A stretch of 64,000 bases of DNA, from positions 5,456,001 through 5,520,000 of the forward strand of contig CATNEN010000002.1 in assembly GCA_950097015.1 (NCBI GenBank). Direction: 5' to 3'. The position numbers and the translations under genes are program-made. Below are positions 23,601-35,384 of the stretch, in pieces; the first letter of the stretch is position 1, and every line of letters begins with the position of its first letter. The notes beneath the pieces were generated by a model that was not told the origin of the DNA, did not search any database, and saw only the letters and a list, made by a program, of their open reading frames with translations. This DNA is from Macrostomum hystrix (lineage: Eukaryota; Animalia; Platyhelminthes).

Positions 23601-26600
23601 ATTCTCGAATTCCAATGTCTAACGCGACTCAGCTCACCATCCTCGTGCTCCTTGTGCCAGATCTCAAGATACTTCTGATCCTGGCCCTGATTGGCTCGGG
23701 CCCGCAGCTTATTCAGCTCAATCTGAGCCTCGCGCTCTTTGAGAACCTCGGTGAGTCGGAGTGCGCTCTGTGGGCGAAGTTGTTTTTTATTCGGAATGCA
23801 TCTTGTAATTATTAGAAATTATTAGGTTGCTTTTTCAAACTCACGTGGAAGTTCTTGACCCTGTCGGTCTGGTAGTACTGCTGCACCTTGGCCTTCTCCA
23901 GAATCTCTTTGCGATGCTCGGCAGCCAGTCGGGCCTCCTCGATGTCCAGCGCCTTCTTTTCCTCCTCCTCCTTGGCCAGGCGGCGGTTTCGCTCGTCAAG
24001 CTTCTTCTGCCGAGCTCCCTGCGCGAGAATTTTACCATAGACAGTAGGTAGAGGGATTAAGTTTGACTGGAAGATCTGAATTTAGAACGAATATTTGGAT
24101 AATAGGAGTCTATTTAACACTAAAAATATACGATCCAAGGTCGTTTTCGGGAAACACCTTCGATCCAAGGTCATTTTCAGGAAATACCTTCAATCCAAGG
24201 TCATTTTCGGGAAACACCTTCGATCCAAGGTCATTTTCGGGAAACACCTTCGATCCAAGGTCATTTTCGGGAAATGCCATTGACAGTTCGTCTGTTAGGC
24301 TTGGTGTGGATTGACAGAAAAAAACAGACTGGCAGACAGACAGAGAAACAGGAAAACAGGGAGACAAATATTATAGGAGTGAATCCTATAGGACAAACTT
24401 TCCATGTGAATGTGCAAATTTGGAATTTTTTGACGCCGACAGATACAAAACAAAAAATATAATATATTCAATATTTGTTGTAGAGGTCAAGGCGAGACAA
24501 AAATGCATTTTTGCTTATTCACAATAATAAGAATTTAAAGCACTCTGGGTATGAATTCTTGATAGCGAAATTGTTGTTCAATTATGCAATTTCCGAAGTC
24601 AAAATAATCGAAATAGTATCATTTCACTTACTTCAGTTTCCTGAAATTTACAAAAAGTTATATTGAGAACTGCAATTACCGGAAAATATAAAATCTAGAA
24701 TGACTTAAGGAATTAAAATTAGAAAACGGGGAAGATGCTGATCACTCTAAATTAGAAAACTGGATAAGGCGGATCCCTCTAAATTAGAAAACTGGGTGAG
24801 GCTGATCCCTCTAAATTAGAAAACTGGGTGAGGCTGATCACTCTAAATTAGAAAACTGGGTGGGGCGGATCACTTTAAATTAGAAAACTGGGTGAGGCGG
24901 ATCCCTCTAAATTAGAAAACTGGGTGAGGCTGATCCCTCTAAATTAGAAAACTGGGTGGGGCGGATCACTCTAAATTAGAAAACTGGATAAGGCGGATCC
25001 CTCTAAATTAGAAAACTGGATAAGGCGGATCCCTCTAAATTAGAAAACTGGATGAGGCGGATCCCTCTAAATTAGAAAACTGGGTGAGGCTGATCCCTCT
25101 AAATTAGAAAACTGGGTGAGGCGGATCACTTTAAATTAGAAAACTGGATGAGGCGGATCACTCTAAATTAGAAAACTGGGTGGGGCGGATCACTCTAAAT
25201 TAGAAAACTGGATAAGGCGGATCCCTCTAACTTAGAAAACTGGATAAGGCGGATCCCTCTAAATTAGAAAACTGGATAAGGCGGATCCCTCTAAATTAGA
25301 AAACTGGGTGAGGCTGATCCCTCTAAATTAGAAAACTGGGTGGGGCGGATCACTTTAAATTAGAAAACTGGGTGAGGCTGATCACTCTAAATTAGAAAAC
25401 TGGGTGGGGCGGATCACTTTAAATTAGAAAACTGGGTGAGGCTGATCACTCTAAATTAGAAAACTGGGTGAGGCGGATCACTCTAAATTAGAAAACTGGG
25501 TGAGGCGGATCACTCTAAATTAGAAAACTGGGTGAGGCGGATCACTCTAAATTAGAAAACTAGGTGAGGCTGATCACTCTAAATTAGAAAACTGGATGAG
25601 GCGGATCACTCTAAATTAGAAAACTGGGTGAGGCTGATCACTCTAAATTAGAAAACTGGATAAGGCGGATCCCTCTAAATTAGAAAACTGGATAAGGCGG
25701 ATCCCTCTAAATTAGAAAACTGGGTGAGGCTGATCCCTCTAAATTAGAAAACTGGGTGGGGCGGATCACTTTAAATTAGAAAACTGGGTGAGGCGGATCA
25801 CTCTAAATTAGAAAACTGGGTGAGGCTGATCACTCTAAATTAGAAAACTGGGTGAGGCTGATCCCTCTAAATTAGAAAACTGGGTGAGGCTGATCCCTCT
25901 AAATTAGAAAACTGGGTGGGGCGGATCACTTTAAATTAGAAAACTGGGTGAGGCTGATCACTCTAAATTAGAAAACTGGGTGAGGCGGATCACTCTAAAT
26001 TAGAAAACTGGGTGAGGCGGATCACTCTAAATTAGAAAACTGGATGAGGCGGATCACTCTAAATTAGAAAACTAGGTGAGGCTGATCACTCTAAATTAGA
26101 AAACTGGATGAGGCGGATCACTCTAAATTAGAAAACTGGGTGAGGCTGATCACTCTAAATTAGAAAACTGGGTGAGGCTGATCACTCTAAATTAGAAAAC
26201 TGGGTGAGGCGGATCACTCTAAATTAGAAAACTGGATGAGGCGGATCACTCTAAATTAGAAAACTGGGTGAGGCTGATCAATCCAATTTAGAAAACTGGA
26301 TGAGGCGGATCACTCTAAATTAGAAAACTGGATGAGGCGGATCACTCTAAATTAGAAAACTGGGTGAGGCTGATCACTCTAAATTAGAAAACTGGGTGAG
26401 GCTGATCACTCTAAATTAGAAAACTGGGTGAGGCGGATCACTCTAAATTAGAAAACTGGGTGAGGCTGATCACTCTAAATTAGAAAACTGGGTGAGGCGG
26501 ATCACTCTAAATTAGAAAACTGGATGAGGCGGATCACTCTAAATTAGAAAACTGGGTGAGGCGGATCACTCTAAATTAGAAAACTGGGTGAGGCGGATCA

Positions 26601-27928
26601 CTCTAAATTAGAAAACTGGATGAGGCGGATCACTCTAAATTAGAAAACTGGGTGAGGCGGATCACTCTAAATTAGAAAACTGGGTGAGGCGGATCACTCT
26701 AAATTAGAAAACTGGGTGAGGCGGATCACTCTAAATTAGAAAACTGGATGAGGCGGATCACTCTAAATTAGAAAACTGGGTGGGGCTGATCAATCTAATT
26801 TAGAAAACAGGATGAGGCGGATCACTCTAAATTAGAAAACTGGGTGAGGCTGATCAATCTAAATTAGAAAACAGGATGAGGCTGATCACTCAAATTAGAA
26901 AACTAGGTGAGGGGCGGGTCACTCTAATTTAGAAAACTAGGTGAGGAGCGGGTCACTCTGTATCAAAAAGCCGCAGAGTACAGGGCCCTGAGCACAAGGT
27001 ATGCTCACTCACCAGCAGAGTGTTGTCCCAGCCCTCGATAAGTTTCCTGCTGCGTTCCTTGAGTTCCGCGCGCTCTTGTCGCGCCTGTTTTGCCGCCTCC
27101 TCTTCGATCTCGCGGCGGTGCAGCTGGCGGGTGATCCGGCTCCAGTCCTCTCCCGTGAGCACTGTGACATTGCGCAAATCGGTCTGCTGATTGCCGACGA
27201 CAAATTCGCGCTGCGCCCCCGGCTCGCCTGAGTGTGCAAAATATCAAGAGGGCTAATTGTACCTGAAATATTTTTTCCTAGCCATTTCATAGCTTCTTAA
27301 AAAGTAAAAAAAGTAAAAAAAGAACAAATATTTTCTTCAATTTTAACTGCAAAATTTGCCTTTTTACTAAACAAACCTCAAGCTTCTAACATTAACTAAT
27401 GAATAGACAATAATTAGTTAAGTTGCCCAAATCCTACATAGCAGTTTTTTTTTCAAAAAGTTCTCGTCGGTGTTTTGATTGAAAATGTGAAAACATTGTG
27501 CAGTTCATAAGCAGTCGTTTTAAAAAATCATACAAACAAATTAGTAATTTTTTATACTATTTTTTTTCGAAGGGACACCTTAAGTATTTACATTTATATT
27601 GTCAGTTTCATATACCGTGATACTATTTAACGCAGTTATCTTAATCGACCTAACAAAACTGAAAAGAAGCTTGTGCCCAAACATCTATCAAATTATACGA
27701 AACCACTTAGAAACGAAAACTACCAGCAAGCGAGCTACAGTACAGGGAATCAAGATGATAAGCAATAGGAGCAAACATAATGTTAAAAATTCCATTTATG
27801 ACTATACTATATTGAGCATTAACTTGTCCTCCCAAAGAATAAAAAAACAACTAGAAATGCAGCTCCATTTATTTTAACTCACGCTTCTGTCCACTTCTTC
27901 GACCGTGTTGAATAGTTGCAGAAGCCAT
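20610..27928 (-). CDS. CFAP210: Cilia- and flagella-associated protein 210 (CCDC173), axonemal coiled-coil protein, about 553 aa, 8 exons
   Basis: Exons 27928-27883, 27227-27013, 24018-23845, 23767-23638, 22998-22526, 22096-21950, 21617-21408 and 20876-20610, all GT-AG and phase-consistent. Recognised motifs: MAS..HGRRSG, NVTVLTGEDWSRI, YYQTDRVKNFHSAL.LTEVLKEREAQI, and C-terminal GGGLGP..GRGGIRPSYQ..D..VQLP..LGMVW. Confidence 0.93.
20935..21340. repeat. 19-bp minisatellite (ATGGCATCCCAATCTGAAA)
   Basis: Fills the last CFAP210 intron. Confidence 0.93.
21665..21905. repeat. 21-bp minisatellite (TGACAGGGTGTTAGATATTGY)
   Basis: Tandem units in a CFAP210 intron. Confidence 0.9.
22120..22515. repeat. 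21-bp minisatellite (CAGCTGTCTAACAGGTGAACC)
   Basis: About 19 near-identical units in CFAP210 intron 22097-22525. Confidence 0.96.
23050..23170 (+). mobile_element. Degenerate SINE-like fragment
   Basis: B-box-like GAGTTCGAACC followed by CAACCAGCTGTAAAATGGGTAC, which resembles a CORE-SINE motif. Confidence 0.45.
23190..23500. repeat. About 29-bp minisatellite (GATCCAAGGTCATTTGCGGAGAATCCTCT)
   Basis: Tandem units; related to the array at 24130-24270. Confidence 0.9.
24130..24270. repeat. 30-bp minisatellite (CGATCCAAGGTCATTTTCGGGAAACACCTT)
   Basis: About 5 units. Confidence 0.88.
24720..26950. repeat. 32-bp minisatellite (AAATTAGAAAACTGGGTGAGGCGGATCACTCT)
   Basis: About 70 units in CFAP210 intron 2. 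Confidence 0.97.
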
Positions 27929-28298
27929 CTAATGGCCTGTCTGTAAGACAGTTCGAAGCGGCCAAAAAAAGAAATAGTCTGAATGATTTAAAAAATGTGG
28001 TTACTACAAGGACTTTAGAGGAAAATGCTTTGCAAGAAGCATTCAGTATATTTACAGCATAAAACTATAAACTAAGAAAATAATAATAGTAAAATTCATA
28101 AAAAATGTAAGAGTATCTGGTTTTATAGAAAAAGTTGTTTAAACTTGTATTATTAAGACGTGCTGTAGTAAATTTAATTTTCCACATTTTTGCGCTTACC
28201 GTACACTTATTCATCGCTACGCATTTCTCTTAGGTCGCAATTAATTAAATAGCTGTATATTACTTTGTTTGTCTAAAAGCAAAAATATCAATCTTAAC
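27929..28298. promoter_or_regulatory. Putative bidirectional promoter/5' region shared by CFAP210 and CCT3
   Basis: 370 bp of AT-rich sequence between divergent ATGs (27928 on -, 28299 on +). An imperfect X-box-like GTTACTACAAGGAC lies at 28000-28013. Confidence 0.6.
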
Positions 28299-31200
28299 AT
28301 GTCTGGAGGCACCCCAGTTATTGTGTTGAGTAAGTAATCTGGTTCTTAAGCTATGCTTTGTCTTCTTTGTAAAATATATAAGTTATATATATGATATATA
28401 TATTTTTTTGTCTTTAGGTCGTAATTCAACCTAAGAATTGCAATATAGTCGATGTTTATGTTTATGTTTTGTTTACAAAAGCTTATGTTTTTACACGTTC
28501 CTATATTAAAATCTTTTTTGCAAATGTGCAAATTAAAAAAAAGTAATGTCTTGTCGACTAATAGGCCTAAAAATTAAATGACATAATGTCTCTAACTATA
28601 ATGGCATGGTAGCTAGCTATCGAAATCAAAACGAAATCCACTTCCCCAATTGATACTTAATTTGATGTGTCAATTTTTTTCACCATATCCACAGGCATAG
28701 TTCTCAGTCACAACCTATTCCCTATTGGAATAAGTAAAAAAACCATAGGTGCAAGACACATGAAACAATAGCCTAAACAGGCAACACATAAGGGAATATT
28801 AAAAGTAAGAAAAGTGACATGATACAACATAGATAAATTTTTAACAAAATATGAATGCAAAAAGCTATTTAAAAATTACAATTCATGGCAAAAAATCACA
28901 AAAGATAATGATTAGTACAAAAACCAAGAAGTTTCATAGAGTTAAAACTCAATACCCAATGTCTTAAACAATAATGACTTTGCTACATGCAAAAACCTAA
29001 CAACCAACATTTAATCACTATGCTCACTATGCAATAAAAAAAGGCCAAGAACACAAAAATTGAAATAATTTTTAATACACTGAACTAGCAAACAAATATT
29101 ATCATTTTTGAGCAATAATAACTTTGTTGACCTAATATAACATTTTGGCAATCTTGCAGTTTTGCACATTTAATTATTTCTATTTTTAAAATGGTGGCAG
29201 AATGTGTTACACATCATTTGACGTGGCAGATGGTGTATGTCGATGGTTAAACCCATGGGATGCAGATAAAAGGGGGGATTCCAAGTGAAGCTGAAAGAAA
29301 AACTTTAATTTGACAACTCAATCTCAAGTTTCCAACATGGCAGGACATCCACCAGCTCCAACAACCATTGTACCACCTGTCAATCACTGGCTCAACTTTG
29401 TGGACCCCAACAATCCAATGGTCCATACCAACACCATTGAAGGCACATGGGCCCATGTCAAGGCCAGACTGCGGTCCATGCATACATGCGCAACACCCGG
29501 CTGACCCAGCCGAACTGGCCGGTTGAAACGAGGGCCAAGCAAGGTAAGTTGCAAAAACCAATTGACCAAGCACAAAAAAATCAAAGGGGGGACCAAGGGA
29601 CAAAAAAGGAAGATGTGAAGAAAAGCAAAAAGGGGAGAGAAAAAGAGAGCAAATGAGAGCAAACTAAGTCGTAAATAGAGCAATGAAATTAACTAAGTCA
29701 TAAATGAGAGCAAACTAAGTCGTAAATAGAGCAAAAACTAAGTTGCATGGCCGGCTAAGATTTGGGAGGTTGCGCATGTATGGGTCCATGCATGGAACAT
29801 CAAAGGCACTATTCGAGACACACCTAGAAGAGTTTCTCTGGCGACGGTGCTTCCTGCAGAAGATCTTCGGGAATCTTCTATTCTGGGTGGCTCACTACTA
29901 CCCCGTGTAATTGGTGCAGACTCTGAGGTTTCTAGCATGTGTCTGACAGTCTCTTGTTGTCTCCTGTTGCATTTTGTTATGTTGTGTTTCACTATGTTGC
30001 TGTCTGAAACAATTTAAAATTAAAAATAATTAAATGTGCAAAACTGCAAGATTGCCAACATTTTTTACAACCATTTTTGCTTTCTTGACACAGATGTCTC
30101 TCTTTATGACATATTGCTAAGACTTTGTGTGAAACAAAAATTCATTTTAATGACAAAACAGTATTGACATTTCAATTAATAGAATCACCTATAAACGCAT
30201 AGCTCATATCTTTTTAATCTATGTATGTACATTAAATAAAACAATTTTATACTACTACCAAGTTAACCTCTTAAGTAAAATATACAAAAATATTTCTGGA
30301 AGATAACCTAATTTTGTTGATTGTTCAAACATTTTTGCTCATATAAGTTATTATATGTGGCAATGGCAATATATTATCAAAAGTTTTTGTATACATTTTA
30401 TTTAATAAATGCTTTTAGTTTTTTTTCATTAAAACATCTATCACTAAAGCAAATGTTATCTACAGAAAAAAATTACACCAATTTTTCTGTTTGCTTTGTT
30501 TTTTAAATAATCTAATAGTATAACTTTATGCTGTTTGTGGAAATAAAATAGGAACTTGAATAAGAGGAACTAGATGAGAAGATAATAAATGTCACTTTGA
30601 ACTTTTACTAATAGTAGTGCTATTAATTCTCTAGCCATGTTGCTGTTGTCATGTAGTGATGTCTAGTATTTTGCCAGCAAAATATTTTACAATAAATTTT
30701 TTCCTTGGCCATAGGCTATAGACTTCAACAGCTGCCTTATAATGTTTTCAGGCATTTTATCAAGATTTTTATTCTATTTTTTGCAAGAAACAATGATAGT
30801 TTTCTCCTTACATCTGGCAGTGCTCGCAAAACATGCCATGCACTAAAGCAACAGGTTATTTTTACATTGACCAAAATTTAACATTTGGTGTTTAAAATTT
30901 TTATAATATGATTAACACTGCAATGCAGTTTAAATTTGGCCGCCCCATCTAGCTTTTTAATCTTTGGCTGGATATACATAAACTAATAATTAGTTTGAGC
31001 TTATTTGTATTTCCTAATCAATATGTGCCAAACCTGACAGATCAAAACACGAGGCGTGAGCAGGGCCGCAAAGTGCAGCTGACTAACATCCAGTCGGCTA
31101 AGACTGTGGCGGATGTGATTCGCACGTGCCTAGGCCCGCAGGCTATGCTCAAGATGCTCATGGATCCTATGGGTGGTATTGTCATGACCAACGATGGCAA

Positions 31201-34046
31201 TGCGATCCTGCGCGAGATCACCGTGCAGCACCCGGCAGCCAAGAGCATGATCGAGATTGCCCGCACCCAAGACGAGGAGGTCGGCGACGGCACCACCTCC
31301 GTCATCATTCTGGCTGGAGAGATTCTGGCTGTCTCAACTCCATTTCTGGAACAGAGCATTCACCCAACCATCATCATCACCGCTTATAGGCAGGCTCTGG
31401 AGGATATGCTCGAGATGGTGAGGCTGCGTAACATTGTTGATTATGCTTTTGAATCATCATTTAACACTAACAGCATAGATAATTGGGATAGTGTCAACTG
31501 TGACTGAATGAGTGAGCAATGAGTCAGCACTGACTCACTGAAGGATCAGAGCAATGGGTCAGCAGTGACTCACTGAAGGATCAGAGCAATGGGTCAGCAG
31601 TGACTCACTGAAGGATCAGAGCAATGGGTCAGCAGTGACTCACTGAAGGATCAGAGCAATGAGTCAGCAGTGACTCACTGAAGGATCAGAGCAATGGGTC
31701 AGCAGTGACTCACTGAAGGATCAGAGCAATTGGTCATCCACAGGTTAGGTACAGATAAGCAGAGGTTAGGTACAGTAGCTGGCAATACAGCAAACACTGA
31801 CACACAGGCATCCAGTCGGTTCTCCTTGGACGTGGACACCAGCGACACGGATCGCATGCGTGAGTTGATTGGCACCTGCCTAGGCACCCGGGTGCACACC
31901 CATTGGAACAAGCTGGCCTGCCGTATCTCCCTCGACGCTGTGCGGACTGTACACAAGGAGGCCGGAGCCGACGGCCAGCTGCCCGAGATTGACATCAAGC
32001 GCTACGCCCGCATCGAGAAGATCCCCGGTGGCAGCCTGGAGGATTCCACCGTACTGGACGGCATTATGATCAACAAGGATGTGGTACATCCTCAGATGCG
32101 GCGCAAGATTGTTAATCCTAGGATTATCCTGCTAGATTGCGACCTGGAGTACAAGAAGGGCGAGAGCCAGACCAACGTTGAGATTCGCCAGGAGGAGGAC
32201 TTCACCAAGCTGCTGCAGCTAGAAGAGGATTATATTCGCAGCGTGTGCCAGTCTGTGTTGGCACTGAAGCCTGATCTGGTGATCACCGAGAAGGGCGTCA
32301 GCGACCTGGCCCAGCACTACCTGGTCAAGGCTGGCGTGTCCGTCCTGCGTCGTCTGCGACGCACCGACCAGTGGCGCGTGGCCCGCGCCATCGGTGCCAC
32401 CATCGTCAACCGGCCGGAGGAGCTCAAGGAGGAGGATGTCGGACTCGGCTGCGGACTGTTCGAGGTGAATCTCGCTCTTGATTGCATAAAGTTTTTTCGA
32501 TACATGTCGGCTAACTCCCAGTATTAATGACCCCGGCAGGTGCGTCAAATTGGCGACGAGTATTACTCCTTCCTAGTGCAGTGCCGCAACCCCAAGGCCT
32601 GCACCATTGTGCTGCGCGGCCCCAGCAAGGACATCTTGAACGAGATGGATCGCAGCCTCAATGACGCCCTGAATGTTGCCCGCAACATCATGTTGAAGCC
32701 CAAGCTCTGCCCTGGCGGTGGTGCCTTCGAAATGGCCATCGCTCACGCCGTTTCGGAGAAGGGCAAAGCCCTGACCACCGTGCACCAGGGCCCGTACAGA
32801 GCTCTGGCCGCTGCCCTGGAGGTCATTCCCCGAACCCTCATTCAGAACTGCGGCGCCAACGTCATCCGCACCCTGACGGCTCTGCGGGCCAAGCACGCCG
32901 CTGGCGAGGATGCCGATTCCTGGATGTGGGGCGTCGACGGTGAGACTGGAAAACTGCGTCACATGAAAACCGACGGCGTTTGGGAGCCGCTGAGCGTGAA
33001 GAATCAGGTGCTCAAGACTGCCACCGAGGTGAGCACACCGAACCGCGTATAATGTTCTCAGCCAAAGGATTTCACTTTTCTCAATCTGGGATTTCACCTG
33101 TTCCCAATCTAGGATTTCACCTGTTTCCAATATGGGAATTCATCTGTTACCAAACTAGGACTTCCCAAACTAGTTCTCAATCTGGATTTCACTTGTTCCC
33201 AATATATCTGATTTCACCTGTTCCCAATATATCTGATTTCACCTGTTCCCAATATATCTGATTTCACCTGTTCCCAATATATCTGATTTCACCTGTTCCC
33301 AATATATCTGATTTCACCTGCTCCCAATATATGGGATTTCACCTGTTCCCAATATATCTGATTTCACCTGTTCCCAATATATCTGATTTCACCTGTTCCC
33401 AATATATCTGATTTCACCTGTTCCCAATATATCTGATTTCACCTGTTCCCAATATATCTGATTTCACCTGTTCCCAATATATCTGATTTCACCTGTTCAC
33501 AATATGGGATTTCACATGTTACCAATATATGGGATTTCACACGTTACCAATAAGGGATTTCACCTGTTCCCAATATATAGGATTTCACCTTTTCCCAATC
33601 TAGGATTTCACCTGTTCCCAATCTAGGATTTCACCTGTTCCCAATATATGGGATTTCACCTGTTCCCAATATATGGGATTTCACCTGTTCCCAATCTAGG
33701 ATTTCACCTGTTCCCAATATATGGGATTTCACCTGTTCACAATCTAGGATTTCACCTGTTCCCAATATATGGGATTTTACCTGTTCCCAATCTAGGATTT
33801 CACCTGTTCCGAATCTAGGATTTCACCTGTTCTCTGAACAAATTTTGTTCGTTTTAAGTCTTTGATGTCTATATTTCATAATAAAACTTCAACCCACACC
33901 GCTTACTTCCTAACCAGACTGCCATACTGCTGCTACGCATCGATGACATCGTGTCCGGCACCAAGAAGGGCGGCGTTGAAGGCGCCGCAGCCGCCGCAAA
34001 GGCTGCCGCGGCCAGCGACGGCCCGGCCGCTGGCGGAGACGAATAA
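28299..34046 (+). CDS. CCT3: T-complex protein 1 subunit gamma (chaperonin CCT/TRiC), about 560 aa, 5 exons
   Basis: Exons 28299-28329, 31041-31417, 31808-32464, 32540-33028 and 33918-34046. Motifs PVIVL-NQNTRRE, TNDGNAILREI, DEEVGDGTTSV, LEYKKGESQT and TAILLLRIDDIVSG are diagnostic of CCT gamma. Confidence 0.97.
29147..30056 (+). mobile_element. Non-autonomous Merlin (IS1016/IS1595-like) DNA transposon in CCT3 intron 1
   Basis: 33-bp perfect TIRs (GGCAATCTTGCAGTTTTGCACATTTAATTATTT) and an 8-bp TSD AACATTTT at 29139-29146 and 30057-30064. Transposase C-terminal remnant: VNH.LNFVDP..VHTNTIEGTWAHVK.RLRSMH / GTSKALFETHLEEFLWRR..FGNLLFWVAHYYPV. Confidence 0.92.
29481..29782. mobile_element. 302-bp MITE nested in the Merlin element (P-element- or hAT-like)
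   Basis: 14-bp perfect TIRs CATACATGCGCAAC / GTTGCGCATGTATG and an 8-bp TSD GGTCCATG (29473-29480, 29783-29790). It has subterminal direct repeats and splits the transposase remnant at RSMH|GTSK. Confidence 0.88.
31516..31730. repeat. 35-bp minisatellite (GCAATGGGTCAGCAGTGACTCACTGAAGGATCAGA)
   Basis: 6 units in CCT3 intron 2. Confidence 0.93.
33080..33830. repeat. 23-25-bp minisatellite (GATTTCACCTGTTCCCAATATATCT)
   Basis: Fills CCT3 intron 4. Confidence 0.93.
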
Positions 34047-35029
34047 ATCGACTCTGCTGTTGGGAGTCGATATTTTTGTTCCCTGATTCGGACAATTGGA
34101 CACGAGACACGCCTAACATCTGTTCGAAGTGCTTGCTCTACCCTCCTTCCTCCAGTTGAATACCATTGTTACAGGACTCGCTAAAATTCTCCAATGCGTT
34201 CTGTTTTCAAACTTGTTTTTTATTTACTTCCTTATTTCTTTCTCTTCTGCAAGAATCCAGCTTTGTGTTTTTTCTACCGAGCTATCAACTTCGCTTCGTC
34301 CTTTTTTGTACTACACATTTTACATTACTTAACAGTAGTGCTTTATGCGCTTGTTCACATTGCGGTCTGAACAGCAGGGTCTTCTGTTTCTCTCGCTTTA
34401 GGATGAAAAAGAAATAATTGTTTGATCAAATCGTTTGAGAATAGAAAAATGCAGACAACAAAACATGTGCGCATTTTGCTACTGCTTGATTGACTCGGTA
34501 AGTAGTACACGTTGATTATCGCTTAGATACACTTGCTTTAGGTCAAACAAATGCAAAAATGAAGAATTGAATTTTTGTCTCGCCTCCAGCCTCCATAGCC
34601 GCCTCAAACCACTTCTCAATAATAGCATTATTCAGACTGTCATCAACGACTAAGGAACCTTTTTTATACTTAACCATCCCAGTGTTCTCAAGCATTCTGA
34701 TGCTCAGTGATCTACGTACGGTAGAAAATGTTTGTCACAGTTGGCTCCAATTTATAAGGTGATCTTGTGAATTCTGAAAAGTGTCTACCCTACGGTTTGT
34801 TGTCGCACGGAACTGTTTGATAAAATAAATATAAATTACAAAAATTAAGAAGCGCTCCTTTGTTAGAACAGCAAGGAATTAAATACAAGACAAAACGTTC
34901 ATTTGGAGAAAATAAAACTACATAAACGTACATTGTGCTGTTTTGAACTATTACTCCGTCTTCAAATATGTATATGGGCTTTGATTATACCTTATAATAA
35001 TAATTGCAGGAGGGCTGCGAGCAGTAGCA

Positions 35030-35345
35030 CATCATTTGGTGATACTAGACCCGCAGACAGCGAGGAGGCAATGCCGCCCATTTCGCTGACTCCTGAGCAC
35101 ACACGCACACAGGCACCGTACACAGGCACAAGCTCACACAGGTGTGTACATCTGCCCTGACTTTCTCATCGTCAGGCAGTGTACACTCTCACTGTGCCTT
35201 TGAGGTTGGCCCTCAAGGGCGTAAATTGCACGACAAGCCTCCAAGCCTTCTCTCCGCGGCTGCGCCCCAAGTAAATGTGGCATCGCCGCGGAATCGAACT
35301 TAGGGACCTTGGTGCGAGAGGCAAACGTGATTATTCCTTAGCCAT
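35030..35345 (-). mobile_element. tRNA-derived SINE, family B (longest copy)
   Basis: The minus strand has an A-box-like TGGCTAAGG and a B-box-like AAGTTCGATTCC. Its body is shared with the copies at 48341-48490 and 62722-62895. Confidence 0.78.
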
Positions 35346-35384
35346 TGTACAAGCTCGTTTATCGAACTATAATTTAGCATTCCT

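Noticed and set aside
35150-35190. Hammerhead-like core order in SINE B (CTGACGA-TGA-GAAA-GTC on the minus strand; also at 62851)
   Set aside because: There is no room for stem II or stem III, and stem I does not pair at the junction. A simple TGAC/GTCA hairpin explains it. An Infernal search with hammerhead models would settle the question.
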